The position numbers and the translations under genes were made by a program. Below the pieces are notes generated by a model that was not told where the DNA came from, ran no database searches, and saw nothing but the letters and a program-made list of their open reading frames with translations. Below are positions 16,349 through 27,032 of a stretch of 64,000 nt of DNA, in pieces; within the stretch, counting starts at the first letter, position 1; every line of letters starts with the position of its first letter. This DNA comes from an uncultured Actinomycetes bacterium (GTDB lineage: Bacteria > Actinomycetota > Thermoleophilia > Gaiellales > JAICJC01): NCBI GenBank assembly GCA_963821535.1, contig CAWGEC010000003.1:273554-337553 (forward strand), given 5' to 3'.

Positions 16349-19159
16349 TCACTCGTACTGGAGCGCCTCAGGACGTTCAGCTTGGCCGCGCGGCGGGCCG
16401 GCAGGATCGCCGCGAGGATGCCGAACAACGTGGCGACGATCAGGAAGCCGACCAGCTGGCTATACGGCACGACGAACACGAGCCCCTGGTCGGACAGGCC
16501 CTGGGCGACGATCCAGCCGAACACGAGGCCGACGACGATCCCGAGGATGCCTCCGATGATCGCCGTGATCGTGGACTCGTAGCGGATCACCCGCCGAAGC
16601 TGGCGGCGGGTCATGCCCACCGCCCGCAGCATGCCGATCTCGCGCGTCCGCTCGAACACCGAGAGCGCGAGCGTGTTCACGATCCCGATCAGGCTGATGA
16701 TGAGGCACATCGCCAGCAGGATGTAGAGGAACTGCAGGAGGCCGTTCACGAAGTCCTCGGCGTCCTTCTTGTACTCCGCATTCGTCTGCACCTTGGCCCC
16801 CGGGAACGAATCCAGCGCCTGCCGGATCGACCGCTCCGCCTGCGCACCCGCCGGGCCCTTGTCGAAGGACACCAGCACGATCCCCGGGTCCTTGCTGCCC
16901 GGTGAGAAGGTGCTGAGCGTCTGCGACGGGATGATCAGGCCGGTCATCAGGCTCGGGTCCTTGTACTCGCCGGCCACGGTCAGGTGCAGCTTGTTGCCGT
17001 CGATGCTCGTCAGGTTGAACGTGTCGCCCGGGTTGAGGTCGTGGGACTTCGCAAACTGCTCCTCGATCAGGGCCTGGTTGGGCGTCAGATTGTGCAGCAG
17101 CTTGTCCGAGCCGCCCTTCAGCCAGTCGAACCGGTAGACGTTCGAGAAGGTGGCCGGATCGACGCCGTTCACCGTGTCGATGCCGCCGTTTCCGATCTTG
17201 GCGTCGGCGAACTGGATCCCCGAGGCCGTTGCGACGCCCGGCACCTTGGCCGCCGCGTGCACGACCGGCGCCGGGATCGTCTGGAAGCTCTGCCCCTGGA
17301 TGATCATGTCGCTCGTGATCGAGCGGTCGATCGCGCCCAGGAACGATTCCTTGAAGCCGTTCACGAACACGGCGACGAACACGATCAGCGCGACGCCGAT
17401 CATCAGCGCCGCTGATGTGACCGCCGTGCGGTTGGGGTTCCGCGAGGTGTTCTCGCGGGCGAGCACGCCGGCGGTCGGCGAGGACGCGTCCCACGGCCAC
17501 TCCCGGAGCCGCCGCCTCCACATCACGAACGCGATGATGCCGCCGATCGCCAGCACCACCGCGGCCCCGATCAGGGTGCCGGTCGAGAGGCCGCCGCGCA
17601 GGAGGGAGATCACGATCAGCGCCGTGATGATGCCGGCCCAGACATATCCCAGCGTGAGCCCGTAGGCAACCCGACGGAGGAGCGGGCCGAGCACCGGGAT
17701 GCGGTCGCGGATCTGGCCCAGGAACCTCGAGACCCGGAGCGCCACCTCGAGGACAACGCCGAGCGCGGCGGCGATCGGGACGATCAGGAGCTGGGAGAGC
17801 ATGCTCATCCCGAGGAACGCGATGATCGCCCCGGCGGCCATCGTGAGCAGGACCCGGGAGCCGCCGCCGCCGGCGCGGATGGCGAACGCGATCACGCCGA
17901 CGCCGAGGGCCGCCATCCCTATGCCGATGTAGGGGATGTAGGGCGCGAGCACGCCTCGAGGCAGGGAGAAGCCCTCGCGGAGCGCGGCGATCGGCGGCAC
18001 GCGCGTCGCCTTCACGGCCGGTGCGACCGACGCCACGAGCGCGGCGCCGAGGCCGACGGCGAGCGGCAGAAGGACGCTCCACACGATGGGGATCGAGATC
18101 GGGGCCGTCGGCAGGTCGACGCCGACGGCCTTGAAGAGCGCGTTCAGGCCGATCGCGAGCAGGATGCCGAAGACGATGCCGATCAGCGAGGCGGCGAGCC
18201 CCATCAGCGCGGCCTCGAGCAGCACCGAGCGCATCACCTGCCGCCGGCTGGCCCCGAGCGTGCGCAGCATCGCGAACTCGCGCATCCGCTGGGCGACGGT
18301 GATGGAGTACGTGTTGAAGATGATGAACAGGCCGACGAACACGGCGGCGCCCGCGAACGCGAGCAGGATGTACGTGAGGAAGCTGGTCGAGCCCTCGACG
18401 TCGCTCGTCTGCTGGTCCGCGTTCTCCTGGCCGGTCTGCACCTTGACATCGCCCGGCACCACCGCCTCGACGCTCTTCTTGAGCTCGGCCGGGGAGACGC
18501 CCGGCTGGGCCGACAGGTAGACGACCGACGTCTTCCCGGCCCGGTCGTACCACTGCTGCGCGTCGGTGAAGGTGGGTACGACGAGCGTCGCGCCGCCGAT
18601 CGACGAGACGCCCGCCAGCTTGAAGACGCCGGAGATCGTCACCGGGACCACGCCCGTGTCGGTGGCCAGCTTGACCTGGTCGCCGACCTTGAGGTGCTCG
18701 TCGTTTGCGAGCTTCTCGTTGATCGCGATCGTGTTGTCCGTCGGGCGGGCCGCCGGCCGTGAACTGCGAGTTCGAGAACGGCTCGGTGACGTAGGAGAAG
18801 ACCAGGTCGGGTGCGCCGCCGCTGCCGGTGACGTACTTGCCGTCGACGACGATCGAGCCCGTCGCCTGGATCTGCCCCTCGACCTTGTCGACGCCCTCCG
18901 CCGACTTCGCGGTGGCGATCACCGACTCGGGGAGCGGCCCGGCCACGGTGCCGTTGTCGGATGTGAACGTGGTCTTCTTGGAGAGCACCACGTCGATGCC
19001 CTTGTTGCTCTCGTGGAAGATGTCCGAGAACGCGTTGTTGATCTGGTCGCGGAGGATGAAGGTGCCGGTGATCATCGCGGTGCCGAGGACGATCGAGAGC
19101 GCCGTCAGCACCGTGCGGAGCTTGCGGCCCCACAGCCCGCGAAGGGCCACCTGCATCAC
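16349..19159 (-). pseudogene. MacB/FtsX-family ABC transporter permease (double FtsX domain), two frameshifts as assembled
   Basis: N-terminus in ORF 16460..19159 (MQVALRGLWGRKLRTVLTALSIVLGTAMITGTFIL...). The rest is in ORF 16288..18651 (NTIAINEKLANDEHLKVGD... two FtsX blocks ITVAQRMREFAMLRTLGASRRQV / VFERTREIGMLRAVGMTRRQL). Frame switch in the GC run at about 18741-18765. A second indel at about 16368 hides the canonical C-terminus AAKLNVLEALQYE* (stop 16349-16351), so the ORF appears to run to 16288. Confidence 0.85.
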
Positions 19160-19896
19160 AGCGCGCTGACCTCCGCCATCGCGGCGAGCACCTCGGAGGC
19201 CTCGGAGTGGCCCTGGTCGCGCACGATCCGGCCGTCCGCGAGGAACAGGACGCGGTCGGCCATCGCCGCCGCGTTCGCGTCATGGGTGACCATCACCATG
19301 GTCTGGCCGTGCGTCGTCACCATCTCGCGCAGCAGGCTCAGGATCTCGCCGCTGGTCGTCGAGTCGAGGTTGCCGGTCGGCTCGTCGGCGAACAGCACGG
19401 CCGGGCGCGTGGCGAGCGCGCGGGCGATCGCCACGCGCTGCTGCTGGCCGCCGGACAGCTCGGCCGGACGGTGCTTGCGCCGGTCCGAGAGGCCGACCTG
19501 GTCGATGATCGCGTCCGCCCATGTGCGGTCGATGTTCTCCCCGGCCAGCCGCAGGGGCAGCAGGATGTTCTCCTCGGCGGTCAGCATCGGGAGCAGGTTG
19601 AAGAACTGGAAGATGAACCCGACCTGGTGGCGGCGAAGAAGGGTCAGACGGCTGTCCGAGAGGTTCGTGATGTCCGTCCCCGCGATCTCGACGACGCCCT
19701 CGGTGGGCTTGTCGAGGCCCGCCAGGATGTGCATGAGCGTCGACTTGCCCGACCCCGACGGGCCCATCACCGCCGCGAACTGCCCGGGGACGATGTCGAG
19801 GGTGATCCCTCGGAGAGCATCGACCGCGGCGTCGCCCTCGCCGTAGCGGCGGGTGACGTCGCGTGCGGAGACGACGGCGGTGGCGGTGGCGGTCAT
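19156..19896 (-). CDS. ABC transporter ATP-binding protein (MacB/LolD-like)
   Basis: ATG 19896 (ATGA overlap with the chorismate mutase stop). MTATATAVVSARDVTRRYGEGDAAVDALRGITLDIVPGQFAAVMGPSGSGKSTLMHILAGLD...LSGGQQQRVAIARAL...LFADEPTGNLD...MVTHD. Confidence 0.93.
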   Translation of the reverse strand: MTATATAVVSARDVTRRYGEGDAAVDALRGITLDIVPGQFAAVMGPSGSGKSTLMHILAGLDKPTEGVVEIAGTDITNLSDSRLTLLRRHQVGFIFQFFNLLPMLTAEENILLPLRLAGENIDRTWADAIIDQVGLSDRRKHRPAELSGGQQQRVAIARALATRPAVLFADEPTGNLDSTTSGEILSLLREMVTTHGQTMVMVTHDANAAAMADRVLFLADGRIVRDQGHSEASEVLAAMAEVSAL

Positions 19897-20196
19897 GCGC
19901 GTGCGGCCTCCCGGGTGCAGAGTTGCAGGATGACGCCGTACAGCTCGCGCAGCCCCTCGTCGGAGAGCGGCCCCCCGTTGGCGCGAAGCGCGGCCGTGAT
20001 GACCTGCTCCTCGCGGGCCGGATCGAACACCTCGTAGCCCTCGGGCGCGCTTGTGCGCATGCAGCTCCGAGACTGATGATGCGCGCCGGTTGACGGCCGC
20101 GACGATGTCGGCGTCGGCGGCGGTGATCCGGGCCCGGAGCTCGTCGACGACGGGGTCCTGGGCGAGGTTCGGCATTGCGGGAGTGTACGCAGGCAT
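19893..20196 (-). pseudogene. Small AroQ-type chorismate mutase, one frameshift as assembled
   Basis: MPAYTPAMPNLAQDPVVDELRARITAADADIVAAVNRRASSVSELHAHKRAR (ORF 19156..20196 frame), then after an indel near 20035-20045 YEVFDPAREEQVITAALRANGGPLSDEGLRELYGVILQLCTREAARA* (my own translation of the other frame). Confidence 0.7.
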
Positions 20197-20223
20197 GGTC
20201 GGCGAGGTCTCCGCTACCCGGGC

Positions 20224-20884
20224 TCACACGGTCAGAAACGCGATGGCGAGCGCAAGGCCGTTGAACGCCATGTGGACGCCCATTCCCGGCAGCACCGAGT
20301 CCGTCCGCCGCCGGATCTCGGCCAGCACGAGCCCGGCGACCGCGACCTCCACGAGGAGCGACGGCAGGCCGTGGGCGATCGCGAACAGGAGCGACGTGAC
20401 GGGGACCGCGACCGCGCCCAGCGCGGCGAAGCCGAGGCCGCGGAAGATCAGCTCCTCGGCGATGGGCGCCACGATGACGAGCATGAGCGCAGCCACGGCG
20501 ACCGCGACCCATTGGTGGGTCGTCTGGGGGTTGTGGGTCGGCTCGATCCCCTGTTGCGCTCCGCCGTTGAAGATCGGGTCGAGCACCGCCTCGGACGCCA
20601 GGACCACGACGAGCCCGACCGCCCCCGTCAGGAGCGCTCCGCGGAGCGGCACGCGCCGGATCGCGAGCGTCTCTGCGATCGGCTGCGCCGAGAGGCGCGA
20701 CCGCGAGCACGGCGTACCCGGCGAGCGCCGCCTCGATCGCACCCGACGCGACCAGGGTTGAGACGTTGTAGACCTCGTTCGCGCGATCGCCCGTGTCCTG
20801 CACCAGCCCGCCGATGAAGTTGAGGACGAACAGGAGCGCCGGGAGCAGCATCCACCACGGCGACACCCGCCGTTCCGGCGTCAC
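20224..20884 (-). pseudogene. CPBP-family intramembrane glutamic endopeptidase (CAAX protease-like), one frameshift as assembled
   Basis: GTG 20884 (GTGA overlap with the upstream stop). VTPERRVSPWWMLLPALLFVLNFIGG...ALAGYAVLAVA, frame switch at about 20695, then ORF 20224..20742 carrying the APIAEELIFRGLG and LFAIAHG motifs. Confidence 0.82.
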
Positions 20885-22032
20885 CGAAGCGCCTGGTCGA
20901 GGTCCTCGATCAGATCGTTTGCGTCCTCGATCCCGACCGCCAGGCGGAGGTCGCCGGCCCTGATGCCCGCGGCGTCGAGCTCCGCTTCGGTGAGCTGCCG
21001 ATGGCTCGTCGACGCGGGATGGGAGACGCAGGTCTCGACGCCCCCCAGGCTCGTCGCCCGCATGCACAGGCGCACGCGGTCCATCACGGCCTCGCCGGCC
21101 GTCCGGCCGCCCTCGACCTCGAACGCCAGCATCGCGCCGTAGCCGTCGAGGATCCGCTTCGCGACATCGTGGGCCGGATGCGACGGGAGGCCGGGGTAGA
21201 CGACGCGGACCACACGCGGATGCGCTTCGAGGAACTCCGCGATCTGCATCGCATTCTGGCCGGCGCGCTCGACGCGGAGATGGAGCGTCCGGATGCCCCT
21301 GCGGACGAGCCAGGCGGAGTCGGGCGAGAGGGTCGCGCCGAGCTCGAGCGCACTCGTCCGCACCTCGGCCATGAGCGACTCGGGCCCGGCCAAGACGCCC
21401 GCAAGCACATCGGAGTGGCCGTTCAGGTACTTCGTCGCCGAGTGCATGACCATGTCCGCGCCCCACTCGAGCGGACGGCAGTTCACGGGTGTCGCGACGG
21501 TGTTGTCGACCAGGACGCGCGCCCCCGCGGCGTGTGCGACCTCGCAGATCGCGGGCAGGTCGGCGACGGCCAGGTTGGGGTTCGAGAGCGTCTCGACGAC
21601 CACGAGCGCGGCTCCGGTCGCGACCCGGCGCAGCCCGTCCATGTCCCCGACGTCGAAGTGCGCTCCGTCGGGGCGCAGGCCGACGAGCCGGTGCGTCTGC
21701 CCGTAGATCTGCTTGGCCGCGACCACTCCGGCGCCGGGAGGCGCCATCACGCCGATCGCCGCCGTGAGCGCGCCCATGCCGGACGCGAAGCAGTGCGCGG
21801 TTTCGGCGCCCTCCAGTGCGGCGACGACCGCTGCGAGCTCGTCGGTGGAGGGGTTTCGGATCCGCGTGTAGAGGTAGCCGCGCCGCTCGTCGGCCATGAT
21901 CGCGCCGAACTCGGCGGCCGACTCGAACTCGTAGATCACCGAGCGGTGCACCGGCTCGACAACGGGATCGCCCGGCAGGGTGGGCAGGCGCCCGGCGTGA
22001 ACGGCGGCGGTTCCGAGCCGGCGATCGTTCAC
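20881..22032 (-). CDS. Cys/Met-metabolism PLP-dependent enzyme (cystathionine gamma-synthase / gamma-lyase / O-acylhomoserine sulfhydrylase family)
   Basis: GTG 22032 (GTGA overlap with the HAD stop). VNDRRLGTAAVHAGR...YTRIRNPSTDELAAVVAALEGAE...FASGMGA...LVDNTVATP...DMVMHSATKYLNGHSDV...SLGGVETCVSHPASTSH. Confidence 0.9.
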   Translation of the reverse strand: MNDRRLGTAAVHAGRLPTLPGDPVVEPVHRSVIYEFESAAEFGAIMADERRGYLYTRIRNPSTDELAAVVAALEGAETAHCFASGMGALTAAIGVMAPPGAGVVAAKQIYGQTHRLVGLRPDGAHFDVGDMDGLRRVATGAALVVVETLSNPNLAVADLPAICEVAHAAGARVLVDNTVATPVNCRPLEWGADMVMHSATKYLNGHSDVLAGVLAGPESLMAEVRTSALELGATLSPDSAWLVRRGIRTLHLRVERAGQNAMQIAEFLEAHPRVVRVVYPGLPSHPAHDVAKRILDGYGAMLAFEVEGGRTAGEAVMDRVRLCMRATSLGGVETCVSHPASTSHRQLTEAELDAAGIRAGDLRLAVGIEDANDLIEDLDQALR

Positions 22033-22693
22033 AGGAGCTCCAGCACCTCGGTCAACGACGCGATGGTATCCCGGCCGCCGGATTCGCCGGTGCGATCCAC
22101 GATGCGCACGTCGATGCCGGCGGCCTCGGCGCCCGCGCCATCGGTTTCGGGCGAGTCGCCGACATGGAGCGCTCGGGCGGGGGCGACGCCCAGCCGCCCG
22201 AGCGCCTCGAGGAAGACGCGTGGATCGGGCTTCCTGACGCCGGTCTCGCCGCAGGTCACGATCGCGTCGAGCTCGAATCCGAGACCGGCGAGCGTACGCC
22301 GCAGCGTGCAGTCCCAGTTCGAGACGACGGCGGCCGGCACCTCCGCCCGGGCCAGACCGGCGAGCAGCGGCTCGACGTCGGGCAGGAGGCGGAAGACGAC
22401 CGCGTCGGAGAGCATGCGGTCCGCCGCGCCGGGGTCGGCTTCGAGGCCGAGCTCCGCGAGGATGATCCCGGCGCAGTCGGCTCGGAGCGCCGCGAGGCTC
22501 TCCGCGTCGGCGCCGGTCTGGCAGTTCCCGGCGTAGTGCGATCATCTCGGCCCGGAAGGCCCGCTCCGCGTCTTCGAGCTCCACGTCCGCACCGAGGTGC
22601 CGTCGCACCGATTCGCGCAGCCGCTCGAACGGGTCGTCCAGCTCGACGAGCGTCCCGTACGCGTCCAGGAGGACAGCGTCGTACCGTCGGCAT
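22029..22693 (-). pseudogene. HAD-superfamily hydrolase, 1-2 frameshifts as assembled
   Basis: Motif I YDAVLLDAYGTLVELD (ORF 20881..22749 frame). Frame switch at about 22535. Then ORF 22029..22415 with VVSNWD, KPDPRVF and HVGDSPETDGAGA. ATG 22693 directly follows the upstream TAG but needs one further 1-nt correction (ACGG at about 22684) to read MPT-YDAVLLD. Confidence 0.75.
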
Positions 22694-23609
22694 CTAGCTG
22701 AGCGACGCCGTCGGGTGGAGCGCGTGTGCGATCTCGCGCAGGGTGGCAACCACCCGGGGCCCGCGGTCGCTGAACGCGGTCGGGTCGATCAGGAAGAAGC
22801 GCCCCGACCGCACCGCGGGAAGGTGCTTCGTCGCGGGGCTTCGGCGCAGGCCCGAGAGCGTCGTCCCGCGTCCCGCGACCGCGAGGTACGCCTGCGGGTG
22901 GGCGGCGCGCAGCTTGGCCAGCGGGTACGGCTTTCCGAGCTCGGCGTCGGCCGCGACGTCGAGGCCGCCGGCCAGGGTGATCAGGGCGCCCGCCGGCCCG
23001 GCGGGGTCGATCGTGTAGAAGAAGCCGTTGTCGACGAACACCGGCACAGGCGGCTCGGCGCCGACGCCGCGCTTGATCGCCGCCACGCGGTCCTGCATGT
23101 GTTGGACGAGCGTTCGCCCCCGGACGGCGAACCCCGTGAGCACGCCGACCTGGGCGATGTCGTGCTCGATGGCGTGCACGCTGCCGTCGCCTCCGACGTA
23201 GACGGGGACATGGAGCCGTCGTCGCCAGCGAGGTGGCGTCACCGGCCATCGACGCCGGCGCCAGGATCAGATCGGGCTTGAGCCGCCGGATGCGCGCCTG
23301 CTCGGGCCGGCCCGAGCTGTCCAGGGCGACGGGCAGGCGCCGTGCCGCCGGCGGGTAGCTCTCCGAGCCGGAGGCGGCGACGACGTCCGCCCCCGCACCG
23401 ACGGCGAACGCGGTCTCGGTCAGCCCTGGGTCGAGCGAGACGATGCGGCTGGGCTGGGCCTCCACGGTCACGGCTCGGCCCTGGCCGTCCTGCGCGGTTC
23501 GCGGGAAGGACGGGAGCGCCCCGACCGGCTCCGACTTGAAGCCGCACGCGGGCGCAGCCAGCGCGAGCGCGGCCAGCGGCACGGCGAGGCGCAGGCGGCG
23601 GGAGCTCAT
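22694..23609 (-). pseudogene. ABC-transporter periplasmic binding protein (Fe-siderophore/cobalamin/heme PBP type), lipoprotein-like signal, one frameshift
   Basis: MSSRRLRLAVPLAALALAAPACGFKSEP...RIVSLDPGLTETAFAVGAGADVVA...KPDLILAPASMAGD (ORF 22542..24215 frame). Frame switch at about 23220. Then ORF 22694..23242 (VPVYVGGDGSVHAIEHDIAQVG...RFFLIDPTAFSDRGPRVV). Confidence 0.75.
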
Positions 23610-23619
23610 TTTCGAGCCG

Positions 23620-23629
23620 ATTCTAGACT
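23620..23629. promoter_or_regulatory. Overlapping divergent -10-like boxes (TAGAAT on minus, TAGACT on plus) around a TCTAGA core
   Basis: Plus TAGACT 23624-23629 lies 6 nt before ATG 23636. Minus TAGAAT (23625..23620) lies 10 nt before ATG 23609. The whole intergenic gap is 26 bp. Confidence 0.45.
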
Positions 23630-23635
23630 TCGCAC

Positions 23636-24079
23636 ATGCCGAGGAGGGGCAGCCTGTTCTGGGGGATCGTCGCCGTGCTCGTCGCCGGAACGCTCGTCTA
23701 CGGGCCCGCCGAGCTGGCGCGCCGCTCGACCGGGCATGGCGAGCCGGTCGACTTTCTGACCCACCCCCAGGAGGGGTGGCGCTTCGTCGCCGACGCCCTC
23801 CGCCAGATCGGATCAGCCCGCGCCGGCTCGCCGGCCGAGGCCGGGGCGCTCGCGGCCCGGGCCTTCTCAGGTACGACCGTGCAGCCCGTCCGGGTGGATC
23901 TCCTGTACGTGCCCGACAGGCGCGTGCCGATCGGCGCAGGGAGCGGCGAGGCGACGGCGAACGGAAGGCTAGTCTGGAGAGTGTCGGGCCGCGTCCGCCC
24001 GGGCGGCCCGGTGCTGACTGTGGGCCTGATCGACTTCGCCACGGGGGAGCTGACCTACGACGTGAGAACTGCGCCGTGA
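23636..24079 (+). CDS. Hypothetical membrane-anchored protein
   Basis: 147-aa ORF with an N-terminal TM segment (LFWGIVAVLVAGTLVYG) and normal amino-acid composition. GTGA overlap with the downstream MscS gene. No family recognised. Confidence 0.6.
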   Translation: MPRRGSLFWGIVAVLVAGTLVYGPAELARRSTGHGEPVDFLTHPQEGWRFVADALRQIGSARAGSPAEAGALAARAFSGTTVQPVRVDLLYVPDRRVPIGAGSGEATANGRLVWRVSGRVRPGGPVLTVGLIDFATGELTYDVRTAP

Positions 24080-24876
24080 CCGGCCATCTGGAGATCGTGC
24101 TCGGCGGTCTGGCCGCGCTGTTCGTGCTGATCGTGCTCGTCGACCGCTTCGTGTTCCGGCGGTACATGACGCGGATCGTGGCCCGGCTGCCGGAGGCTGA
24201 CCGGGCCGCGTTCAAGACGCGCTACCGGCTGCTGCGCCGCGCCGTCGAGGCCGTGATCGTCTTCATCGGCCTCCTCGCGGTGCTGTTCTCGTTCGACCAG
24301 ACGCGGTCCGCCGCCCAGACCGTGCTCGCCTCGTCCGCGCTGCTCGGCGTGGTCGTGGGGTTCGCGGCTCGCTCGACGATCGCGAACTTCGTGGCCGGGG
24401 TGATGATCGCGGTGAACCAGCCGGTCCGGCTCGGCGACCGGGTCATGATCGCTGACGTCGAGGGGATCGTCGAGGACGTCGGCCTTACATACACGCGCCT
24501 TCGCACGTCCGACAATAGGCGGGTGCTGATCCCGAACGAAGAGCTCGCCAGCTCGCGGGTCGCGAATATGACTTTGGTCGACCCGGTCAGCCTGGCCCAG
24601 GCCCGGGTGACGGTTCCGGTCACCGCCGACGGGGCCCGCGTGCGGGAGGTGCTCTCGGAGCTCGCAGCGGCCGCGCCCGGCTCGCTTCCCGACCGGCCGG
24701 GGCCGGGCGTGAGCGTCGCCGAACTGACGGCCGACGGAGCCGTCTTCACCGTTGGGGTCTGGACCGCCGATGCGACCCAGGCCGTGCAGGCGGCGGCCTG
24801 GCTTCGCGAGCGGGCGCTCGCGCGCCTGAACGACGAGGGCGTGCTGGCCGCGCTCGAGCCGGAGGCGGCGGGATGA
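24076..24876 (+). CDS. Mechanosensitive ion channel family protein (MscS-like)
   Basis: GTG 24076. Tail of ORF 23443..24876: TM segments, then GVVVGFAARSTIANFVAGVMIAVNQPVRLGDRVMIADVEGIVEDVGLTYTRLRTSDNRRVLIPNEEL, the MscS beta-domain signature. Confidence 0.88.
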   Translation: MTGHLEIVLGGLAALFVLIVLVDRFVFRRYMTRIVARLPEADRAAFKTRYRLLRRAVEAVIVFIGLLAVLFSFDQTRSAAQTVLASSALLGVVVGFAARSTIANFVAGVMIAVNQPVRLGDRVMIADVEGIVEDVGLTYTRLRTSDNRRVLIPNEELASSRVANMTLVDPVSLAQARVTVPVTADGARVREVLSELAAAAPGSLPDRPGPGVSVAELTADGAVFTVGVWTADATQAVQAAAWLRERALARLNDEGVLAALEPEAAG

Positions 24877-27028
24877 GCGGTCCGGTGCGGAACCGGCGCG
24901 CGTACGACGACGTCCTCGGGCATGTCGCGGCCCGCCGCCGCAGGCGCCGGGCCGTCGCCCGGCGGCGCGGGCGCCGGTCGGCCGCCGCCACCGCACTGGT
25001 CGCGATCGCGATCGCGTTCGGTGCCGTCGTGGCATCGGGCGGTGTCGGGGCGACGCTCTATGTGAGCGACGTCCTCAAGGGCTACGACCTTGCGACGCTG
25101 AAGCCGCACTACCCCGGCGTGACGACGCAGATCCTCGATCGCAACAAGAACCTGCTGGCGCTCATTCCGTCGGTCCAGAACCGTACGCCGGTGAAGTTCA
25201 GCGAGATGGCGCGGTGGCTCAAGGTCGCGACGGTCGACGTCGAGGACAAGCGCTTCTATCAGCACGGCGGCGTCGACTACCAGGGCGTGCTGCGCGCCGC
25301 GTACGAGGACGTGACCGCCGGCGGGGTCGTGCAGGGCGCCTCGACGATCGAGCAGCAGCTCGTGCGAAACGTGTACCTCACTGACGAGCAGTCGGTCACC
25401 AGGAAGCTGCGCGAGGCCTACCTGGCAACCCAGATGGCCGACCAGTGGTCGAAGAACAGGATCCTCGCCACGTACCTGAACACGATCCCCTACGGACCGG
25501 TCACCTACGGGTGCGAGGCGGCCGCCGCGGCGTTCTTCAACACCCATTGCAGGCACCTCACCCTGGTCCAGTCCGCGCTCATCGCGGGGCTTCCCCAGTC
25601 ACCGACCGAGTACAACCCGAGGCTCCATCCGGCTGCGGCGAAGGCGCGCCGAAACCAGGTGCTGGCCGCCATGTACGCGGCCGGGCACATCACTCTGCAC
25701 CAGTTCAGCGTCGCCACCGCCAGCCCCCTCGGCCTCCAGAAGCCGACCAAGTCGACCCGCATCCGCCAGCCGTACTTCGTCGAGTATGTGCGCCAGCTCC
25801 TGAAGGACAAGTACGGGAAGTCCGCGGTGAAGCGGGGCGGTCTCACGGTCAAGACGACGATCGACCCCGTGCTCCAGGAGGACGCCCGCCAGGCCATCTC
25901 GGACACGATGAACTTCACCGATGCGCCTGCGGCGGCGATGGTGGCGATCGACCCCCGCACGGGCGAGATCCTGGCGATGCAGTCCTCGACCGACTACTCC
26001 CACAGCAAGTTCAACCTGGCGGTCGACGCCAAGCGCCAGGCCGGGTCGACGTTCAAGACGTACGGCCTGCTGGCGGGGATGGTCGACTTCGGGATCGACC
26101 CGTACACGACTCAGTACGCAACGTCGCCGCTGCACGACTACCCGATCAGCCCGAACCCGGTCGGCCCCAACGACTTCTGGACGGTGAACAACGCCGAATC
26201 GACGATCGCTACCGTGCTGCCGCTCGACACGGCCATCGAGGCGTCGGTGAACGCGGTCTTCGCCCGCCTCTCGATCGACATCGGCGGCTACAACGTCGCG
26301 AACATGGCCTACAAGCTCGGGATCCCGAGGTCGGACCACCTCCCGACGACGCCGTCGGTCATCCTGGGCTCGGGCGCGGTCTCGCCGCTCGACATGACGC
26401 ATGCGTACTCGACGATCGCGGCGAACGGCGTCCGCCGGGATCTGCTCGCGTTTACGAGGGTCGAGAGGTACGGCGGCAAGGTCGCGAAGTTCAAGCCGGA
26501 CAAGGGCAAGGCCGTCATCCCGGACGGCGCGACCTCAGTGGTCACGAAGTTCCTGGATGCGAACGTCCACTCCTGCTGCACCGGGCTGAATGCGAACGTC
26601 GGCGACGGTCGCGCCCAGGCCGGCAAGACCGGCACGACCGACAGCCACACCGACGCCTGGTTCTGCGGCTACACGCCCAATCATGGCCGCCTGCGTGTGG
26701 GTCGGGTACCCGCGCGGCGAGATCCCGATGTGAAAGCCTCGGCGGGCCGATCGGCGGGCCGGCGTTCGGCGGCGGCTACCCGGCCACGATCTGGAGGGTG
26801 TTCGCGCAGGCGGTGTTCGCCGACGAGCCGGCCAAGTTCCCGCCCACGCCGTGGCCTGTCCCAAGGCACTTCCTCACGTTCCAGCCGTGGCACTCACCCA
26901 ACTTCACGCTGCCCACGCCCAAGCCGCCGAAGAGCTCGAAGGGCGGCAAGTCCACGACGGGCGGCACCGGCACGGGCACGGGCACGACCGGCGGGACCAC
27001 CACCGGCCCGCCGACGACGACGCGGTGA
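24873..27028 (+). pseudogene. Class A penicillin-binding protein (PBP1A: transglycosylase + transpeptidase), two frameshifts near the 3' end
   Basis: ORF 24873..27578: VDVEDKRFYQHGGVDY, GASTIEQQLVRN, RKLREAYLA (GT51 motifs); QAGSTFKTY (SxxK); KTGTTD. Indels at about 26683 and about 26732, then frame of ORF 25445..27028: GGPAFGGGYPATIW...Thr/Gly-rich tail GGTGTGTGTTGGTTTGPPTTTR*. Confidence 0.88.
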
Positions 27029-27032
27029 GGCC

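Noticed and set aside
26680-26735. Programmed ribosomal frameshifting as an explanation for the frame hops (tested on PBP1A, Wzc and M20).
   Set aside because: I saw no slippery heptamers or downstream pseudoknot-like structures. The shifts go in both directions, several per gene, at plain homopolymers.
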